NCBI RefSeq assembly: GCF_008831285.2
Contig: NC_045138.2
Location: 39,804,001-39,868,000, forward strand
Length of the DNA: 64,000 nucleotides
From: Nymphaea colorata
Taxonomy: Eukaryota
Direction: 5' to 3'
This document shows, in pieces, positions 58,001-64,000 of this stretch. The notes beneath the pieces are model-generated. The model saw nothing but the letters and a program-made list of their open reading frames with translations, did no database searches and was not told the origin of the DNA. The position numbers and the translations under genes are program-made. Each line of letters starts with the position of its first letter. The first letter of the stretch is position 1.

Positions 58001-58299
58001 ACAATTGATCAAAGAATCTCATAGTTCCATTTCACCAATAATCACATGAAAGTTACTTAAAAAATCTCTCTTGCGGATTCGTAGGACGTGATATGCCCTT
58101 GAATTATTGATCAGCCTCGAACATGTCGACGTCTAGTGGACCTAAGAAGTCGATTTGGATCCTTGTTTACAAGATCCAACCTAGAAATCTCCCCAACCAA
58201 GATTTCTGAGGTTTTGCATTTCCATATAATTGGTTTAGATCTTCCTTGGAATTTGGGCTCGGATTCAGATCGAATCACCTAAACTTAGCATCACTCTAT

Positions 58300-58724
58300 G
58301 GGGGATGTCAATGGAGCATATTTAAAATAAGATGCATGCTTTATCATATCCGATCAATCAGATCTTCAAATACAAACGAAGAAGCCCGTACCATACTCCG
58401 ACTTTTTAATTCTGTAACTTCGATCTGAATCCTACTTTCTAATTCACAGCTGAATGCTAGCCGACTTTTAAATGCAAAACTAAGTTCTAACCACATTCTG
58501 AAGTAATTGAAAACCAACTTCCATAATGCATGAATAATGAATTTATAGCATTTATTTCAAACTGAATCTAAAATCCAAATATGAATATGAATTTATAACA
58601 AAACCCAAATATCAAATCGGATCCAATTTCTTGATCGGACGTTAAACCTTTTCCTCATATCTAACTTTTTTTGGAAGTGGTTTGATTGGATATCTGATCT
58701 AAATCCGATTCATTGACATTCTTA
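58300..58724. mobile_element. Non-autonomous DNA transposon (hAT-like ends) with ATCCGA/ATCTGA subterminal motifs
   Basis: Ends GGGGATGTCAATG / CATTGACATTCTT; a related left end (CAGGGATGTCAAC) lies at about 57466; no TSD recognised. Confidence 0.55.
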
Positions 58725-58906
58725 ATGTCTGAGTCCAACTAAGATTCATATGCTGATTTTTTTTTACCAGATTTGACTAGTGGATTTAGTTTTTGGGTAG
58801 ATCCCCATATATTATAAGACCACAATAATGCTGTGTGGGTCATGTCTTGGGCTCGTTTCATCAACAAAATGATCAAATATTACAAACTAGCAGACAAGGT
58901 CCGAGC

Positions 58907-59074
58907 CAGTGGTGGAACCACATATGGGCAGGTGGAGGCTTTTCCCATAAAAAACTTTATATTTATACGTGAATATCTTAAAAGATTTGCTCTGTTACAT
59001 ATAATGGTGCCCCCTTAAGGTTTAATAATTTTTCATTTAGTGCCTCTCAACTCAAAATTCCATGCTCCCCACTG
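58907..59074. mobile_element. hAT-type MITE about 550 bp upstream of TBL copy 2
   Basis: TIRs CAGTGGTGGA / TCCCCACTG; 8-bp TSD gtccgagc (58899-58906) / gcccgagc (59075-59082), 7/8 identical. Confidence 0.75.
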
Positions 59075-59621
59075 GCCCGAGCCATGGCCGTCTAATATCT
59101 GTGGCACTAATTTGTAGAGAGGAGCAATAAGTTTATTTCCTTCTTTAAGATAGATACGTATGGAGGCATGGAGTTCTTCATAGAATAAGTGGTGCAAACC
59201 GGATTGTTTGTGACTGGTTCTCTAATCCAAATCATACTTGCTTTCCCATTCAGATCACGAGACTGGACACATTCTCATGCCTGTCGAACTTGTATATGTA
59301 ATATAAGCCTGACTTGGATTAGATCAGCGACTGAGGCATGAGTGGACTTATGTGGGCAATTGCCCACACAGTTCCACAAAAAAAATTATTTCTATATATG
59401 CACCTCAGGTGTTGAAAGGGAAAAATAAACAAAAAGAAGCAATCCGTTTCAAGTGAGATAATGCTTAGATACACAAATTAAAGGCATTTAAGGTGCAGTA
59501 AATCAGAATCTTGTTCTGTTACGTATGCACCGATTGTCTCCGAATCTGGAGGCATGCAGAAACACGTTATTTGAATACCTTCTTCTTCGCTCCTCGACCT
59601 CCGAGAAGAAGGCCCGGCAAG

Positions 59622-62568
59622 ATGGGTTTCCTGCAGGATTTCCTCCCTTCTTCCTACCATGGCAGCATGATTTTGCTCTTCCTCTTCTTCATCAATGGTG
59701 GAGCATCTTTAGAGATCTCCCCACAAAGTTCGACAGGAAGGGACCAAGCAGCAAGCTGTAACATTTTCCAAGGAAGTTGGGTCTTGGACGATTCATACCC
59801 TCTCTATGATTCATCACAATGTTCATTTTTGGACCCTGAGTTTGATTGCCTCAAGAATGGCAGACCTGATCATATGTATCTCAAGCAGAGATGGCAACCA
59901 CTTGGTTGTGACCTCCCCAAGTAAAGCTCTCAGCTTGCTATTTCTCTTTCTCTTTACCTGTTTTACCTTACGTCTTTAGAACTAATTGAGTAACAGTGTA
60001 CATGGGGATAATGGTACTCGTGTTGCCTATGATCTGTTGCAGATTCGATGCCACAAAATTTCTCTCGCAGTTGAGAGGGAAGAAGATGATGTTCGTTGGT
60101 GACTCTCTTGGGCGCAATCAATGGACGTCGCTCATGTGCATGCTCACAGCAGCGGTGCCAAGTTCCAGAACGCGATTTGTAAAGGGACAACCAATGTCAA
60201 GCTTGACATTCCTGGTAAGATGAACTGCATGCTACGAATAAAAAGAAGAAGAAGAATCCAATCTACCACCGATTTCGGCATTAGTTACCAAGAATCAAAT
60301 TTTCTGCGTAGTTTGGAGAAAATAATCCTGTCTTCATTGCCGCACCAGATTCTTTTCCTATTATTGTTCTGGAACAAGATACAGGAGTATAGATGGGTTT
60401 TTATTAGCATATAGTAAAAAAAAGCCTAACAAGGGTCACATCTATGTTCTTAGATATTTAATACTTGGAAATGTAAGAAGTATATAAAACAAGACATAGG
60501 CTTCATACTCTAAAACTGCAGGCTTTTTTTTTTTAAAAAAAAAAAAAAAACTGTCACTGGGACACATTGAAGTTGGAATCATAAAATTGATTTTATTTTG
60601 AAGGTTAGTCGCGAAGGCATGACGCCCTTTTGGTTTGCAGTTACTATTTTTTTTTTAATTTCTGACATCATAAAAAACGATTAATAATGCAGTGAAACTA
60701 TCAGTAATTATAAAAAATTCAGTCGATCCAATCGGAGACTAAAGTCGGTCGAACCAAAACAAAAAGAAATCAATTATAGTGAAAAATATCTCTAAATCAT
60801 CAATTTGGTTGCATATATAAAATAAAAAGCACAAATTCAATCTGGTCGAACCTGATAAATGCAATATACATCTGAATATGTAAAGTTTATGTAAGATTTC
60901 ATGCTATGCTAAGGTTGATATAAAAGCTGCCATAAAGAATTTAAACGTTTATTGTTGTGGGCCAGCTCTTGTCCATTGATCATATCCCTGGTTGAAGCTC
61001 TCAAAAGATTTCATTCTTTCTAACGGAAGACAAGAAAAAGGAAAATGTTGATTTTGCAGATCACATATTTACTGTTATCTCTTTCCGGGCCTTCTACTGC
61101 ACTGCAAATCAGGGGATTTTTTGAAATAAATTTAAAATATAAAAGTATCTGTAATTTGAGATTTCGCCCTTGAGAAAATAATGAATCTGAGATTTGCCAC
61201 TAAGGAGAAAAAATACCAACGAGTTAAGCATATGAAAGAAAGATGATGAGGAATTAAGTTGGATTTTGCAGGATTATGGGTTTTCATTGATGTTCTATAA
61301 GGCTCCATATCTGGTGGACATTAAGCTGGACAGCAACGGAAGAGTCCTGAAGCTCGACTCCATTCAACAGGCCCAATGCTGGAAAGACATCGACGTTTTG
61401 GTTTTCAATTCAGGCCATTGGTGGCAACACATAGGTCCACAGCAACAAGGGTTCTCTCTCTCTCTTTTTGGCTCTCTTGGCATCTCCCTCTTTTCTAGTA
61501 GTCAGGGGACTTCTTGTTCCCAAATTTTGTTAAATATTTTCATTTTATCGGCTCTTGGCGTCGCACCGTATATTAGCCACATTGTTACTTAGGAGGGTGC
61601 AATCTTGATGGTATCGATGAGTGTTGATTTAGATTGAAGAATACGGTTCTTGAGGCGAATATGATTGGATAACTTACAGATTTGGCATGACTTGATCAGG
61701 TGGGACTACATAGAGGTCGGGGGGCGCATGTCCAGAGACATGAACCGATCACTTGCATACGCCACTGGACTGAAGACATGGGCGAACTGGATCGAGACCA
61801 ACATAGATCCTGCAATGACCAAGGTGTTTTTCCAGGGCTTCCCAGCTACACATTTCAAGTAAGACCCACTGCCTTTTTCTTGAAACTGTTGATGTGTAGT
61901 GACCAAAATATCTCTGATAAAGTAAAAAATTGAGATTTTTAGAAGGATGAAAAGGGATCCAAAATGTTAAATGTTTAAAATTTCTAACATATTCAACGCC
62001 CTTCTTTTTTAGAATGCATATTTGTTGTGTCACGTAACGGGTACTCATTAGGTAGGGTTGGATAAAGATTCAACTGTAATTTCAAAATTTTAACATAACA
62101 TGAAATACAATATCCAAGTTAAATTAAAATATTTAAAATTTGCATGTAAAAGTTTGAATTTTTAGAAGCCCGTGAGTCCTATGTGCATGCGTGTTTGTAT
62201 GCCTTTTGCTAATTATGAAAACCAACAACTGATTAAAGTGAATTTATCGGCGTTTGTGTAGCCCGTCAGAATGGAACGGCACAAGTAAGAAAGCATGCGC
62301 AGGCGAAACCCAGCCAGTGGAAGGTTCAACTTATCCGGCTGGGCGCCCTCCCTTGCAGCTGGTGGTGGACGGCGTCCTTGCCGGCATGACTAAGCCGGCC
62401 GTTTCTCTCCTGGACATAACGGCCCTAACTCAGCTCCGCAAAGATGGCCACCCCTCCGTCTACAACGAGGACCGTAACGCAGGTGCCGTTGACTGTTCTC
62501 ACTACTGTTTGGCCGGCGTTCCGGATGCTTGGAACCAGCTCGTCTATGCTTCCTTATTCTCTTCCTGA
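59622..62568 (+). CDS. TBL: TRICHOME BIREFRINGENCE-LIKE O-acetyltransferase, tandem copy 2, 5 exons
   Basis: Exons 59622-59920, 60043-60214, 61272-61450, 61700-61858, 62262-62568 (TGA); same intron positions and phases as copy 1. [25 protein letters not shown], and variant [15 protein letters not shown]. Confidence 0.96.
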
Positions 62569-63145
62569 TCAATTTGCGAGATTAAGAACTGTCCCATCAA
62601 CGAATTAATGAAACAAAGATCATCGTGAGAAACCTGTTTTTTACAACAGTGGAATAAATCGTTAGGCAACCTAATCTTAACTATGAGATCAAAGATGACC
62701 AATACTCATTTAATTTGCTCAACGCCAAGGGTTAGTGGAACTGCACTGGTGCCTGGACGAAGAGAATCGGCACCTTTTTGTTTTCCTTTTTCCCTTTTCT
62801 GCTCTACAAGAACTTGAAATTTTGCAATTATCACGAGATTATACAAGGAAATCATATAAGTTGGGTATTGAATTCTTAGAGATGACGCGAGGGAATCTCA
62901 AATCCCAGTTCGTTTTTTTACGATCCATTGTTTAAACAAATAGTAGACCACCTTAATGGCTTAGAACGTGGAAAAACCTCACAACTCCTATTGAGTAGAA
63001 AACGCTCCTCAATGCCTTCTCAAGAAGAAGACTCTTTTATATGTTTGATGGCATCAAGTAGGCAGCTGAAAGTTTAACAAAAAATAAAAGTATTTTATCA
63101 AAAGGGAAGGGCTGCTTTGGGACGTAAGTGGACTCGTGGTGCACT

Positions 63146-63330
63146 TAGAGGCGGAGCTAGAAATATTTTTTTCTATAGGCACTAAGCATATAATTAACAA
63201 AATTTCATTTGGCTATGGAAAAGTGACCTGGGTTTATAGGGTTGTGCTATATAATTAAACTCAAATTTAACCACTAATTTAAGCTTGTAGAGAATGAGTT
63301 CCATGGGCCAGCCCCCACCTATCTACCCCT
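63146..63330. mobile_element. Degenerate MITE, probable hAT-type
   Basis: Head TAGAGGCGGAGCTAGAAAT (GGCGGAGCTAGAAAT also at about 50232) and tail CTATCTACCCCT. Confidence 0.5.
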
Positions 63331-64000
63331 CCGGGTATATTAATCAACTAGAGTATCACTTCATTTGCAATTCAAAAAATTGAATTGATGATAGGACTCT
63401 CACCAGGCTGACATCCTAACCTCGTTTGGGAAATTAATGAAAAAATCAGACATTTTCACTGAAAGAAGCATTACATGAATATCACTCATAAAAGGTTCTT
63501 TTGGCACAATCTAGGCTAATTTTGACATGATCTGAACATGCATTGATCAACCTCAAACATGGCAATATCCGATGGACATTCAAACGAGTTGGGGATGCAA
63601 AACGTCATAAGGACACTGATCCACCAGACCCAACCAAATGAGAACCTCATGGATCCAGGCACAAACTGATACAACCGATCCAGGAACCAATAAGATAAGA
63701 TCTGTATTTTCCACGCAACTTCCTTGGATCATTGTTGGTATTAATTTAGACCCAGCGTAGTAGCAGTCGCAGACCCAAAGATTCATATTGGTAAGATCCA
63801 GACAATCAAGTGCTTAAATCACGACTGAAAGAATTTGGGAAAAACATCTATTGATGTGGATCTTCTAATCTATTTGTGGTATCTTGTATCACTAGATGGG
63901 TTTATGACCGAAGGTAAATCATAGCTCATTGGATCTGACAGTAATGGTATGGGCACAGTTCAAATCTATTACCCATTTTTCCATTAGAAATTGGACTATG

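Overview
Nuclear DNA of a flowering plant (spliceosomal introns, microsatellites, MITEs); the species cannot be fixed from sequence alone. Hand-spliced genes, left to right: the 3' end of a NUMOD3-motif protein gene (+), complete ATG7 (-, 14 exons, first intron GC-AG), complete MCM4 (-, 20 exons, paired E2F sites upstream), a 13-exon CofD/YvcK(GlmR)/UPF0052-family gene (+, about 18.4 kb, with a 1-nt frameshift in exon 1 as sequenced), plastid ribosomal protein L34 (-), tRNA-Thr(AGT), and two tandem TRICHOME BIREFRINGENCE-LIKE O-acetyltransferase genes (+). Introns and intergenic DNA hold a truncated Copia element, a LINE remnant, hAT- and Tourist-type MITEs and a 74-bp tandem array. I found no convincing new multi-gene system. 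The best leads are small: the exon-1 frameshift, a tRNA lacking a proximal Pol III terminator and followed by two hairpins, a W-to-Y change in the DxxHWC motif of the second TBL copy, the GC-AG intron, and an orphan exon-like segment near 47.1 kb. Family assignments come from recalled motifs, not database searches.
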